Assembly: GCA_964016885.1 (NCBI GenBank)
Contig: OZ024744.1
Location: 121,024,001-121,088,000, forward strand
Direction of reading: 5' to 3'
Source of the DNA: Eledone cirrhosa
Lineage: Eukaryota
DNA length: 64,000 nucleotides
Both the position numbers and the translations under genes were made by a program. The notes under the pieces were generated by a model that saw only the letters and a program-made list of their open reading frames with translations, had not been told where the DNA came from and did not search any database. Below, piece by piece: positions 11,432 through 23,603 of this stretch. Each line of letters begins with the position of its first letter. The stretch's first letter is position 1.

Positions 11432-13017
11432 AGGAATTAAGGAAAAACTACAAGAGAGAAGCCAATGAAGACCTTGAAAGGCTAAATAGAGAAGCTTCTA
11501 ATATAATTCAACAATTAGGCATCGAAAATAGGACTGAACCCTTTAAACCTAGAAAACCAAAAATTAATTTGAAAGACCACAAAAGAAACTTTGAAATAGA
11601 ATTACCAGTTAGATTTATAGCACCATATAAATCAGACCTAGGCATAGTTAGTAAAAATATATTAGATAGAATCATACCGCAACTTAAAGAAATATCTTAC
11701 TTAACATTATGGAATGGGACTAATGAAGTTATAGATTGGTTTAAGGACATAAAATGTAAGCATAACATAAATCTCATTCAATTGGATATTGCTAATTACT
11801 ACTCATCTATCACTCCTAATTTACTTAATAAAGCCCTTATATATGCATCTTTATATACTGATCTATCTATCGATGAAATGCATATCATTTTAACTGCACG
11901 TAAAACCTTAATTAAATTTAACAACCATCTTTGGACTAGAGCAGATAGGGATAACAATTTCAATATCACTATGGGGTCATCAGACTCGGCGCAATTAACG
12001 GATCTTCTGGGGCTTTTTATTAACAATGCATTACATAGAAAACTACCGGAGATGACCGGTGGTTTATATCGTGATGATACGCTGTTGCTAATTGAAAATA
12101 ATAATAATTGTGAAATCAATAGAAAAAGAAAATCAATAATACAATTTTTTAATAGCTATAATCTTAAGGTAGAAATAGAGAATAATTATAAAATAGTTAA
12201 CTTTTTAGATGTAACATTAAACCTTAATACTGGGCTATACTATCCATTTCATAAAATCAATGAGAATTTAAATTATGTTAACTTTAACTCTAATCACCCT
12301 AGACCTGTTAAGAACACCATCGTAAATTCCGTACAGCAACGTATTTCTAGAATCTCAACGAATAAAAATATATTTGAAGATAAGGCACAATATTATAACG
12401 AAGTGTTAAGTAGAGCAGGCTATAATAATGAAATTAAATACATCGACAATAATGATACGTCAATTAACCATAATTATAATTATAATTATAAATAGAATCA
12501 ATAATAGAAATCTAAACCTTAACCAGATTAGCATTAATACATCTAGCAATATCCAATATAATAATACTGTTCCCAATAATTTAAATTCTGATAATTGTAA
12601 TTGTAGAATTAAATCTAACTGTCCTTTAAAAAATAACTGTTTAGTTAAAAATGTGGTTTATAAATGCAATGTCAAAACTAATGATAATTCTTTTTACTAT
12701 GTTGGCTTTACTTCTACAGACTTTAAATCTCGTTTCAATAACCATAAATGTTCGTTTAGGAATATTGGTAAAAAATCTTCAACTTCTCTATCCAACTTAT
12801 TATGGAACTTAAAATCCAAGAATATAAACTATCTTGGAATATTGTTTCAAAAGCACCTGCCTACACAAACACAGATTTACCCAAATTTTGCAACTTATGT
12901 GTTGAAGAAATATTCTTTATACTTAAATGTAAGAACTCCATTAATTTGCGTAATAATTTATTTAGTTCTTGTAAACATCGTTTAAATTCAACTTTTAAAT
13001 ATATATATAAAATGTAA
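11432..13017 (+). pseudogene. 5'-truncated Penelope-like (Naiad-like) RT + GIY-YIG, frameshifted
   Basis: INLKDHK, LDIANYYSSI, TMGSSDSAQLTDLLGL, GLYRDD, VNFLDVTLNL, SNHP, then CNCRIKSNCPLKNNC, NVVYKC, YYVG..FKSRFNNH, CNLC..E, CKH. An AT-rich 3' region runs to (TA)n at ~14561. Confidence 0.9.
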
Positions 13018-14025
13018 TTACACCCTTAATCTTGCCTACATAATGTTTATTCTATCCAGACACCTATAATCTCATTTCTTAAATTATATCCATATATGTT
13101 CAGAAATTTAATCTAATTCTAATTTTAATATCTTTTACTTCGTAAATATATATATAATACACTTCTTAAATCTCTAATTTACTTCTTAAAACCTTTACTT
13201 TCTAATATTTCTACCTCATAAATATATTTTAACCTTTATCTATCTTACTTCCAAAAATATCTCATAATCCTTTCGGAATGATTACTTGAAACTTTTAAAA
13301 ATCTCTTTAAAATGTTTTGGAAATTTTTTAAATGCTTTTAAAAAGTTTTTTTTTTTATATTTTAGAAAATTATATATACAAAAAAAAATATTCTTTTTGG
13401 GGATCTAATATTTTTTGGATTTTATATTTTCCAATATTTAAACACTTTTAAATATTTTAAATATTTTAAGTGTTTAAGTATTTTCAAATATTTCTGAATA
13501 CTTTATATTTTGAATACTTCTGAATATTTCTGAATATTTCTGAATACTTTATATTTTGAATAATTTAGATGTTAATTATAATTTATGAATAGTTTATAAG
13601 CTTTTTAAAAGATTTTTGTGTATCTTTGGAGTCTTTTTGAGTTTTCTAAAAAAAATCTCCTAAAACTTCTTCATAGTTTTTATAATCTGAATTTTTATAG
13701 TCTTAATTTTTATAGCCTGAATTTTTAAATGGTTTTAGTATATACTTTTAATTAAGTATTTAATTTTTTGTAAACTCTCGTAATTTATCTTAATATTTGT
13801 AATTTTTCTAAGTATTTAAGATTTGACTTACAACTGATAATAAATTCTAGCTAAATATATTTTTGTCAAACTTATCCCATAATAAATAATAAATAAACAA
13901 AACTGGATTCTCAATATTTTCCCAATGTAAAACTATCATCTATAACTTGACATACCCATCTATACCCATATATTCTTATTAATATATTTTAATATATTTT
14001 AAACACATCTTTATTATAATATATT

Positions 14026-14117
14026 TTTTAATTTAACATTATTTTTAATTTAACATTATTTTTAATTTAACATTATTTTCAATTTATCAACATTTTTAAT
14101 TTATCATTATTTTTAAT
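14026..14117. repeat. 17-bp AT-rich tandem repeat, ~5 copies
   Basis: Unit TTTAACATTATTTTTAA. Confidence 0.75.
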
Positions 14118-14559
14118 ATAAATATAGCACAAAAGAACGATATATTTACGATTTACGTATTCATCCCTTGATAAGCTTATTTCTTCGCTCGCTCTTCCTT
14201 AATTTTTCCCTCTTTCTTTCTCCCTTTTTTTTTCTTTCTTCTCTCTTTTTTCTTTTTTCTTCTCTCTTTCTCTTTCTCTCTGTTTTTTCTCTCTCTTCTT
14301 CCAACAAAATAATTTAAATAAACCGTTGTTTTTTTAACTCTTTCTGACATTCATTTGCATACTCACACGTAACTTTGAATTACCCTGAATAAAAATGTTT
14401 TCGACTTTCCAGAGAACCTTCAACCGTCAAGGTTGTTTTTTCCTCGAGTATGCCAACATTTATGAAACAAATTTTGTATTTTATCTGATGAAATCGAACC
14501 AAAATTTGCCTTAATAATTATGGTTTTATAAATATAGTTTCCATTTATTAATATATTGA

Positions 14560-14589
<30 letters not shown>

Positions 14590-14592
<3 letters not shown>

Positions 14593-17433
14593 TATTGAAG
14601 TTTCCGTTGTAAATTGAAAAAGTCATAGGAGTGAAGAGTGCTCTATGTAAGTACCAGAGCTAAATTTAATGTATAATAAACAATACAATATAATTACCTC
14701 ATTACTAGAGGTTTCCCGAATGAGACGAATACGAAAAACGTCCTCATTCGTTCATCGGACAAAGCAATTTAAAACAGTGAAATATTTGAAAAATCTCCTC
14801 AAGAAAGGCAAGAGTTTAACGGGCAAAAAAAATAAAGAAAGAGATATATAAAAATAAGGAAATATAGTTAGGGTATGTGTATAAATGTGTATATATTCAC
14901 TCACTAATGTACATATGGGCATACGTCAAGACGGGCGGTCTCAAAAGTGAAAGTACATTTATTTTCATTTTCGAACGTCGTGTTTACATTTTGTGTGTGT
15001 GTTCAAACGAAACATGCTGGCGACGAAGCTTCTTCTTTGCACGGCTCCATGTGTTCTTTATGAGCTGTGTGTGCACATCAAGGTCCGCAGGATCTACAAA
15101 GTTCCGTTCGTGCACCACAACATCATGAACGTAAATCCCACCTTCAATTTCCGAATAGGAAGCCCAACCATCGGAGATGGTGCGGCTGCCTGGCAAAATC
15201 CCTGCTGAATGATGGGGACGAGAGTGTCAGAGCTTCGATTTGGGACTTCTGCAAGGCAGCAGCGTCTAGAATGCCGGACTCGCCATTCTGCAAGCCTCAT
15301 TACAAGATTACTTCGGTATTGAGTATTCTTCTCTCAACCGTCAACTATACACACACACACATATACATATATATATAATCAGTTAAAACGACAGAGGCTC
15401 TGATTCTGTCTTTAATCTCAGTAACTAATTTAGATCTAAACACACACACAAAATGTAAACAAGACGTTCGAAGATGAAAATAAATTTACTTTCACTTTTG
15501 AGACCGCCCGTCTTGACGTATGCCGTACATATGTGTGTATGTACAAATGCCTGTGTATAGTGAAAATGTGTACGTGTGCGTAGGTACGTATCTGAGGGCA
15601 AGCATAATAGTGTATGTGTGACCAATACGTATATAATATAAGTTGAAAAATAATGTACAACCAGATTTAGGTATTAAATATATACACATACAAGTATGAA
15701 AGCACGCGTATAAACACACACGCACAATCATTTATATGCGGAAGATAAAAAGGGAAGGGAGTGTATTAGTCAAAAAGAGTGTCATATTCGATACATATAA
15801 AAATGAAACAATATAGAAGAAAGAAAAAAATGTTGTTTAAATCAAAGAGAAAGTAAGGGGAGTGGTTATCAATTATAAATTAACACTAGAGAAAAAGAAA
15901 AGAAACATAGGTTCGCACGTACGCACATATACATAAAAAAATATATATATATGAATACGTACAGGCAAAAGCGCAATCATACATACATACACACGAAGCA
16001 CACACATATATATACATATATCGGCACTCGTATATCTAAGCACACGTACGTACGCGACTATATATATACGTACATGCATACACACATATACATATACATA
16101 TACATATAATATACATATATATATATACACATACTTATACACATACGTTCACCCACATACACACACTCGTATAAATATAGATACAAAAACACACATGCTC
16201 ACACATATAGACACACACACGCACATATACGGAGGCGCATGCACACTCACACACATAGATACAAATTATAGACCAGCCATATGAAAAAAAGAAATACAAA
16301 TATAAAAGCGGCTGCGAAACAACAGAATATATCTGAGGTTGAAAACGCAAGTGACAAGTCGTATCGGGTAGTGAAAGAAAATGCGGAAGTAAAGTGTGGA
16401 ATGTTAGGTAAGTGAATCAAAAAGTGTGTGGGGGGGGGGGGGGTCACTGGTGGATGTGAAGTGAAAATAAAAATGAAAATAAAGTTAAAAATGAAAGTAA
16501 ATCAGAAAAAGAAGTCTGTAAAGAGGATAATTTAAGGAAAGTGAAGAACAAGAGTTTATGGAGGATAAGTATCTGAAAGTGAGTTAAGTTTATATGAGCT
16601 GGAAAGCAAGTGTGATTTCATGTGTGCGCAACTGGTGAAAATTTCTGTTTTTGTATTTAGGCAGGTTTTTGGTGATTTAAGGTTCTGTAAAATCCAATAT
16701 TTTTCACTTATGCAGAGTGTGCATCTTCTTGTTCCTCTAGCATATTCATTAGATTGGTTCAAAATTGACCAATCCAATTTATATTGGATACCTTGGTCTT
16801 TCAAATCCCATATTCTGCTAGCCAGAGCTGTTGTAAATCTTTTTTCTGGATGTCGGAAAGATGCAACATGTGAGTAATAACGCGTTTTGAATTTGTCTTG
16901 TGTCATACTCACATATCGTTCACTGGTGGCTGGTAGGTTGTTGCTGATGGTTGTCACTTTAGCCGCATATACAATGTCTTTGGTGTTGCATTTACCTTGT
17001 AATGGGTATTCACTTTTGACTCAACAGGAGCAATTTTGATGTTCTCTGGGTGTTTTCTTATTGATGATATAAGATTTAATAGGGGGACCGCAGGAGTAGC
17101 TAATTTTGACACAGTTTCTATTGGAGATCTTATAGTATCTGTGTGTTCTAGGGAAATGTTTATCTAAGAGCTCCAGGAATTGTTTGCCTACATTAGTTTT
17201 AACTGCTAGAGAGTAGGGGGCGTTGAACCAGATTATTTTTCTTTTCCTATTATTATGTTTAAAGGAGTTAGTATTGTTGGGTATGTACTTAATCGGTTCG
17301 CTAAATCCGCTATTTTGAAGGGCTTTATTATAGTAGGGGGATGCCTTATTGAAAATAGCTTCTGAGGAAGAGAGGGTGGAGATCCTACGGCTAATATTAG
17401 GGATAAGGTTTTTAAAAACTATAGGAGGATGGC
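14590..17433 (-). mobile_element. Inverted, 5'-truncated copy of the Naiad-like PLE at 17434-21060
   Basis: Reverse complement of 18977-21060 plus the pLTR tail seen at 17552-17630; ORFs 17021-17433 and 16556-16957 nearly match 18977-19391 and 19455-19856; interrupted by the Merlin insertion. Confidence 0.93.
14918..15524 (-). mobile_element. Non-autonomous Merlin-type (IS1595/ISXO2-like) DNA transposon derivative
   Basis: ~86-bp TIRs starting GGCATACGTCAAGACGGGCGG; 9-bp TSD GTACATATG (14909-14917, 15525-15533); internal remnant ISDGWASY...H..V.H..NFVDP...HTQ.I...W...K typical of ISXO2-like transposases. Confidence 0.88.
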
Positions 17434-17457
17434 AATATTTCACTGTTTTAAATTGCC

Positions 17458-17530
17458 TTGTCCGATGAACGAATGAGGACGTTTTTCGTATTCGTCTTAT
17501 TCGGAAAACCTCTGCTAATGAGGTAATTAT
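17458..17530 (+). ncRNA. Hammerhead-like motif (CCGAUGA variant) in pLTR; copies at 20966-21038 (+) and 14690-14763 (-)
   Basis: CCGATGA, ~11-bp stem II (CGAATGAGGACG/CGTCTYATTCG), GAAA, stem III CCTC/GAGG, GUA site; stem I is weak. Confidence 0.5.
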
Positions 17531-17737
17531 ATTGTATTGTTTATTATACATTGAATTTAGCTCTGGTACTTACATAGAGCACTCTTCACTCCTATGACTT
17601 TTTCAATTTTCAACGGAAACTTCAATACTTCAAGGGAATGATTGTAGCATATTCTACATTTTTATGAGATTGGCACCTTCCAGCCCTTTTAAAGTCGAGC
17701 ACTCTTCAGTCAATAGGATTTTAAACCAATACTGAAC

Positions 17738-19856
17738 ATGGATAAATATCCTTTGGATTACTCTATCAAGAATATCCCAACACCTCACACTTCCTACACG
17801 AAAATGCTGATAGACAAAGTAGAGAAAGTTGTTAAAGGAACGAAATGGAAAGCTTTGATTCTCGATGGACACTTTAACACGGACTCTACGGAACATTTTG
17901 ATATCAAAACTCATAAATACCCGCAAAGGGTAAAAAATATGACCGCTTTTGAACTAGACTTAGTTAATTTAATCAACAATATCAAATTTCGTAAGTACTC
18001 TAACCCTTTTCAATCTAAACTATCTAATGATATTTCAATATTCAAATCAAAGTTCATTTTCTCCGACAAAACTAAAAACTTATACGAAGTTAATAATAAT
18101 TTACATGACCAACTCTTAATAGATAATATCACCTCTAAATACCAAATAGCTAATATAAACACGTATAATAATATAAATAAGGAAGCTAAAGAATTAGCTA
18201 GTTCTTTAAAAATAGATAATAGGACAGAAAAACTTGCTAAACGTAATGCCTATATCACCCTCAAAGATCACAAACCTGACTTTATTAATCGTCCTAGTTG
18301 TAGATTAATCAACCCTGTTAAGACTGATATCGGTCTTGCCAGCAAAAAAATTTTAAATAATATAAACGCACAGATTAGAAGTAAGTCTGAATTACTCCAA
18401 TGGATAAATAGCTCTTCCGTAGTACATTGGTTTAATAATATTAAAGATAAAAATAGTTCTAGATTCACCCAATTTGACATTGTAGATTTCTACCCGTCTA
18501 TTACCCAGCCTCTTTTAGCGAAAGCCTTAAATTTCGCTAGAAAGTTTACCAATATTTCTGATATTGAAGAGAATGTCATCTTGCATGCTAGAAACACTCT
18601 ACTCTTTACTAATAATGACACTTGGGTAAAACCCAGAGAACCCATTCGATGTCTCAATGGGTTCTTTTGACAGTGCTGATGTTTGTGATTTAGTCGGCCT
18701 ATTCCTCCTACACACCCTTAAAGAAAAATTCCCTAACCATATTTTTGGGCTTTATCGCGACGATGGTCTAATACTTTCCCATACCACCATAGGCCATAAC
18801 TTAGATAGATTAAGGAAAGACTTAATAAAAACCTTCGCTAGTTTTAATCTTAAAATTACTATTGACACTAACCTTTCTAATGTTAATTTTCTAGATATAA
18901 ACCTAGATCTGCCTACTGCTTCTTATAAACCGTACCATAAACCTAATGAAAATTTAAAATATATAAATAAAGGCTCTTGCCATCCTCCTATAGTTTTTAA
19001 AAACCTTATCCCTAATATTAGCCGTAGGATCTCCACCCTCTCTTCCCCAAAAGCTATTTTCAATAAGGCATCCCCCTACTATAATAAAGCCCTTCAAAAT
19101 AGCGGATTTAGCGAACCGATTAAGTACATACCCAACAATACTAACTCCTTTAAACATAATAATAGAAAAAGAAAAATAATCTGGTTCACACATCCCTACT
19201 CTCTAGCAGTTAAAACTAATGTAGGCAAACAATTCCTAGAGCTCTTAGATAAACATTTCCCTAGAACACATAGATACTATAAGATCTCCAATAGAAACTG
19301 TGTCAAAATTAGCTACTCCTGCGGTCCCCCTATTAAATCTTATATCACCGATAAGAAAACACCCAGAGAACATCAAAATTGCTCCTGTTGAGTCAAAAGT
19401 GAATACCCATTACAAGGTAAATGCAACACCAAAGACATTGTATATGAGGCTAAAGTGACAACCATCAGCAACAACCTACCAGCCACCAGTGAACGATATG
19501 TGGGTATGACACAAGACAAATTCAAAACGCGTTATTACTCACATGTCGCATCTTTCCGACATCCAGAAAAAAGATTTACAACAGCTCTGGCTAGCAGAAT
19601 ATGGGATTTAAAAGACGAAGGTATCCAATATAAATTGGATTGGTCAATTTTGAACCAATCTAAAGAATATGCAAGAGGAACAAGAAGATGCACACTCTGC
19701 ATAAGTGAAAAATATTGGATTTTACAGAACCTTAAATCACCTAAAACCTGCCTAAATACAAAAACAGAAATTTTCACCAGTTGCCCACACATGAAATCAC
19801 ACTTGCTTTCCAGCTCATATAAACTTAACTCACTTTCAGATACTTATCCTCCATAA
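17738..19856 (+). pseudogene. PLE reverse transcriptase + Zn-finger + GIY-YIG endonuclease, disabled
   Basis: DYSIKNIP N-terminus, SDKTKNLY, ITLKDHK, CRLINP, FDIVDFYPSI, MGSFDSADVCDLVG, GLYRDDGL, NFLDINL, IVY...YVG...FKTRY..H, CTLC.SEK, CPH; frameshift near 18630-18650 and TGA at 19389-19391. Confidence 0.93.
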
Positions 19857-21462
19857 ACTCTTGTTCTTCACTTTCCTTAAATTATCCTCTTTACAGACTT
19901 CTTTTTCTGATTTACTTTCATTTTTAACTTTATTTTCATTTTTATTTTCACTTCACATCCACCAGTGCCCCCCCCCCTACTTTTTGATTCACTTACCTAA
20001 CATTCCACACTTTACTTCCGCATTTTCTTTCACTACCAGATACGACTTGTCACTTGCGTTTTCAACCTCAGATATATTCTGTTGTTTCGCAGCCGCTTTT
20101 ATATTTGTATTTCTTTTTTTCATATGGCTGGTCTATAATTTGTATCTATGCATGTGAGTGTGCATGCGCCTCCGTATGTGTGCGTGTGTGTGTCTATATG
20201 TGTGAGCATGTGTGTTTTTATATCTATATTTATACGAGTGTGTGTATATATATGTATATGTATGTGTGTGTATGCATGTACGTATATATATATATATAGT
20301 CGCGTACGTACGTGTGCCGATATATGTATATATATATGTGTGTGCTTCGTGTGTATGTATGTATGATTGCGCTTTTGCCTGTACGTATTCATATATATAT
20401 ATATTTTATATGTATATGTGCGTACGTGCGAACCTATGTTTCTTTTCTTTTTCTCTAGTGTTAATTTATAATTGATAACCCCTCCCCTTACTTTCTCTTT
20501 GATTTAAACAAAATGTTTTTCTTTCTTCTATATAGTTTCATTTTTATATGTATCGAATATGACACTCTTTTTGACTTATACACTCCCTTCCCTTTTTATC
20601 TTCCGCATATAAATGATTGTGCGTGTGTGTTTATACGCGTGCTTTCATACTTGTATGTGTATATATTTAATACCTAAATCTGTATGTACATTATTTTTCA
20701 ACTTATATTATATACGTATTGGTCACACATACACTATTATACTTGCCCTCATATACGTACTTACGCACACACACATTTTTACTATACACATGCATTTGTA
20801 CATACACACATATGTACATTTGTGAGTGAATATATACACATTTATACACATACCCTAACTATATTTCCTTATTTTTATATATCTCTTGCTTTATTTTTTT
20901 TGCCCGGTAAACTCTTGCCTTTCTTGAGGAAATTTTTCAAATATTTCACTATGTTTTAAATTGCCTTGTCCGATGAACGAATGAGGACGTTATTCGTATA
21001 CGTCTTATTCCGGAAACCTCTGGTAATGAGGTAATTATATTGTATTGTTTATTATACATTATATATGTATATGCACACCTCGTGTATTTGTTAATTTTTA
21101 AATTGTTTTTATTCCCTCCCCCCTCTTCTTACTTATCGTTGTCAGCACGTATCCTTTATTTTTGACTTTGTATTTTTTGTTCTTATTCATTTATTTATTT
21201 ATTCTTATTACTTAATGTATATGTATATGTATGTATTTTGTCTATGTTTGTAGGCGTATATACGCTTATGTGATAGTATACGTCTACGTACTTTTTAAGT
21301 ATATGCGTGTGGTTGAGTGTGTGTATATTTATATATTTATTGTTTATATATATATGTGTATTCTTTTTTCTCCTCTTCTTCGCCCGTTTTTTCCCCAGCC
21401 TCACTTTCATATTTCTTATATTCTGTTTTCAAATCCATATTTAATAAAAAAAATACCATGTT

Positions 21463-21527
21463 TTATTTATTCTGACGACTGAAAACAGATATATCTGCTT
21501 TCCAGAAACCACTGGTAAATGAAATAA
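21463..21527 (+). ncRNA. Type I hammerhead ribozyme motif
   Basis: TTATTTATT CTGACGA [ctgaaaaCAGATatATCTGctttcca] GAAA CCA c TGG TA AATGAAATAA; base of stem II is imperfect; (TA)n follows at ~21580. Confidence 0.55.
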
Positions 21528-21576
21528 TTATCTTATGTTGTTTATTATATAACTATATATAAATATATAATATAAC

Positions 21577-21616
<40 letters not shown>

Positions 21617-21619
<3 letters not shown>

Positions 21620-22316
21620 CGTTTCTGAATTTGTTTAGCAAGATTCTTTATCTGAAATCGTGTGTTGAAAGCGATAATGTTATACTTTGGGAGGGTCATG
21701 TTGCCAATAAGAAACACACGCACCAGTTGCTTTCACTTCAATTTATTATAATAAATGGGAACCAAATGGGAAAAATGGTAAATAATGACATAAATGGGAC
21801 CTGCCCCTTGTATAGGAGCAAATTTTGGAATAGAATAGAAAGAACTAGGAACAAGGCTAATAGAATAAACTCATGGTATGATAGCAAAAAATACCAGAGT
21901 GTAATGTTCATCGATACAACCCCTAGATTACAAATTAGCTTACAAATTTAGAAGGGCCCTAGATAAACATAAACTCAATATTAAGATAGTAGAAAGACCA
22001 GGTACCTCCGTAAAAACACTTATTAGCAAGACATACCCTTTTCAAAGACCCTCATGTATAGATACGAAATGTATAACCTGTAAAATAAGCCCCCATATTA
22101 ACTGTAAAACTAGAAATGTAGTGTATAGCATAAGATGTACTGAAGGACAATGTAGAGATAAAAATATAGTGTACATAGGTGAGACAGCTCGTAGTGTAGG
22201 GGAACGGATAAATGAACACTGGCGAGACCTTCAAGATAGTAAAGAATCATCTGTACTCTACGAACATGCTAAAATAGAACACAAGGGTAAATTAGAGAAC
22301 ATAGAAATAAAAATGT
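21617..22316 (+). mobile_element. Second fragment of the PLE family at 848-2283
   Basis: 21617-21750 matches 848-981 (inverted pLTR tail), followed by plus-strand linker and GIY-YIG sequence (YIGETARSVGERINEH) nearly identical to 1298-1660; (TA)n on both sides. Confidence 0.88.
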
Positions 22317-22317
22317 A

Positions 22318-22368
<51 letters not shown>

Positions 22369-22373
<5 letters not shown>

Positions 22374-23333
22374 TATACAATTATCAAAGTTGTGTTCAAA
22401 TCATTTAATAGCTGACATTTAATAGTATCTTCCAAACACTCGTTTGGAATCATCGGAGCATTATCAATGTTTGCACATATAATTACCCTCCTATTCAACT
22501 GAACAATAATATAGATACATATAAATTGATGTTTTGAACAACAGTTTCATATTTACAGGGTGGAATGGATGTGACATATATTTTACGAGAATTGTACAAT
22601 AATTGTACAAACATTCAAGTTCAAATCAAAATTAAAATTAAAATCAAAATCAAAAGCACGGAGTGGAATACATGCAACAGTTAAAACGAGGGAATAGTCC
22701 AAATATTAAAGAGGCATTGAGGAAGCAGTTTTGAGAAAGGAAGAGTGCGATAACAATTCATATGCAGGCGTGTGGATATTGTGACTGCTTAAGTCATATA
22801 CATGAGAAGGAGACAAGCAAAGCTATTATGCATATATAGATGATTAAATACTGCAGTTGAAGCAAATATGTTAATGTATTAGAGTCTATGGTGGGTGTTG
22901 AATGTTGATGGTGTTCGAATTAATGTGTTGAGAAACATACAGTTTTTGCATGCTTTTCCATGACATATGTGGAATTAAATTTCAGTTAATGTTTATATTG
23001 AGTGTAAATACGAAACTGTTGCTCACAACATCAATTTATATGTATCTATATTATTGTTCAGTTGAATAGGAGGGTAATTATATGTACAAACATTGATAAT
23101 GCTCCGATGACTCCAAACGAGAGTTGGAAGAAACGATTGTCAGCTATTAAATGATTTGAACACAACTTTGATAATTGTATAATTTATTTATTTAACTGCT
23201 CTGTAAAACAACTGATGTTCATACATTGAGGTATTTCTCTTACTGGTAATAAGGTAATTAAGATATTACTGACCTTCCTGTTTATGGTTGTTTATACATA
23301 ACTATAATACATAACTATAAATAGTATTATCAT

Positions 23334-23335
<2 letters not shown>
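22369..23335 (+). mobile_element. Non-coding PLE/retrozyme-like insertion with inverted pLTR
   Basis: ~185-bp inverted arms (22369-22557 and 23003-23185), each containing a hammerhead motif; bounded by (TA)n tracts. Confidence 0.7.
23097..23149 (+). ncRNA. Type I hammerhead motif (CCGAUGA variant)
   Basis: TAATGCT CCGATGA cTCCAA acgagag TTGGAa GAAA CGATTG TC AGCTATTA, GUC site. The mirror copy at ~22406-22464 has a perfect stem II (TTCCAAAC/GTTTGGAA) but GAAA changed to GATA. Confidence 0.7.
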
Positions 23336-23370
<35 letters not shown>

Positions 23371-23375
<5 letters not shown>

Positions 23376-23486
23376 AACCAGTAAGACCCCGACAGCTGAG
23401 CTCAAGCCGTTTCGACGGCTAATTCTGGACTGAATTAGCCGTCGAAATGGCTTGAGCTCAGCTGTCGGGGTCTTACTGGTTCCTAT
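23371..23486. repeat. Near-perfect 116-bp palindrome
   Basis: 55-bp arms with one G-T mismatch and a 6-nt loop TGGACT (23426-23431); lies between (TA)n tracts. Confidence 0.95.
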
Positions 23487-23562
23487 TACCCACTCTACTA
23501 CCTCAAGTATTGAGTACTTTGGTGCGTTATGGTCCACCTGGTTCCTTACCACATTTCCTTCG

Positions 23563-23595
<33 letters not shown>

Positions 23596-23603
<8 letters not shown>

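Larger units (their letters stand above)
17434..21060 (+). mobile_element. Near full-length Penelope-like element (Naiad-like) with partial tandem pLTRs
   Basis: pLTR segment 17434-17552 repeated at ~20939-21060; RT-EN coding region 17738-19856; long simple-repeat-rich 3' UTR. Confidence 0.93.

Noticed and set aside
14479-14533. Hammerhead at the 3' end of the 11.4-kb PLE (CTGATGA aatc GAA CCA...TGG)
   Set aside because: Position is suggestive, but GAAA is incomplete, stem II is absent and stem I is out of register; too degenerate to call.
15425-16450. Short Tyr/Ile/Val/Cys-rich ORFs (also 20054-21482)
   Set aside because: Translations of (TA)/(CA)/(TG)-rich low-complexity PLE 3' UTR sequence.
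19389-19391. In-frame TGA as selenocysteine (as in some Naiad PLEs)
   Set aside because: It aligns with the Arg of CxCR in the neighbouring family (likely CGA>TGA), not with a Cys; the ORF also has a frameshift and no convincing SECIS was found.
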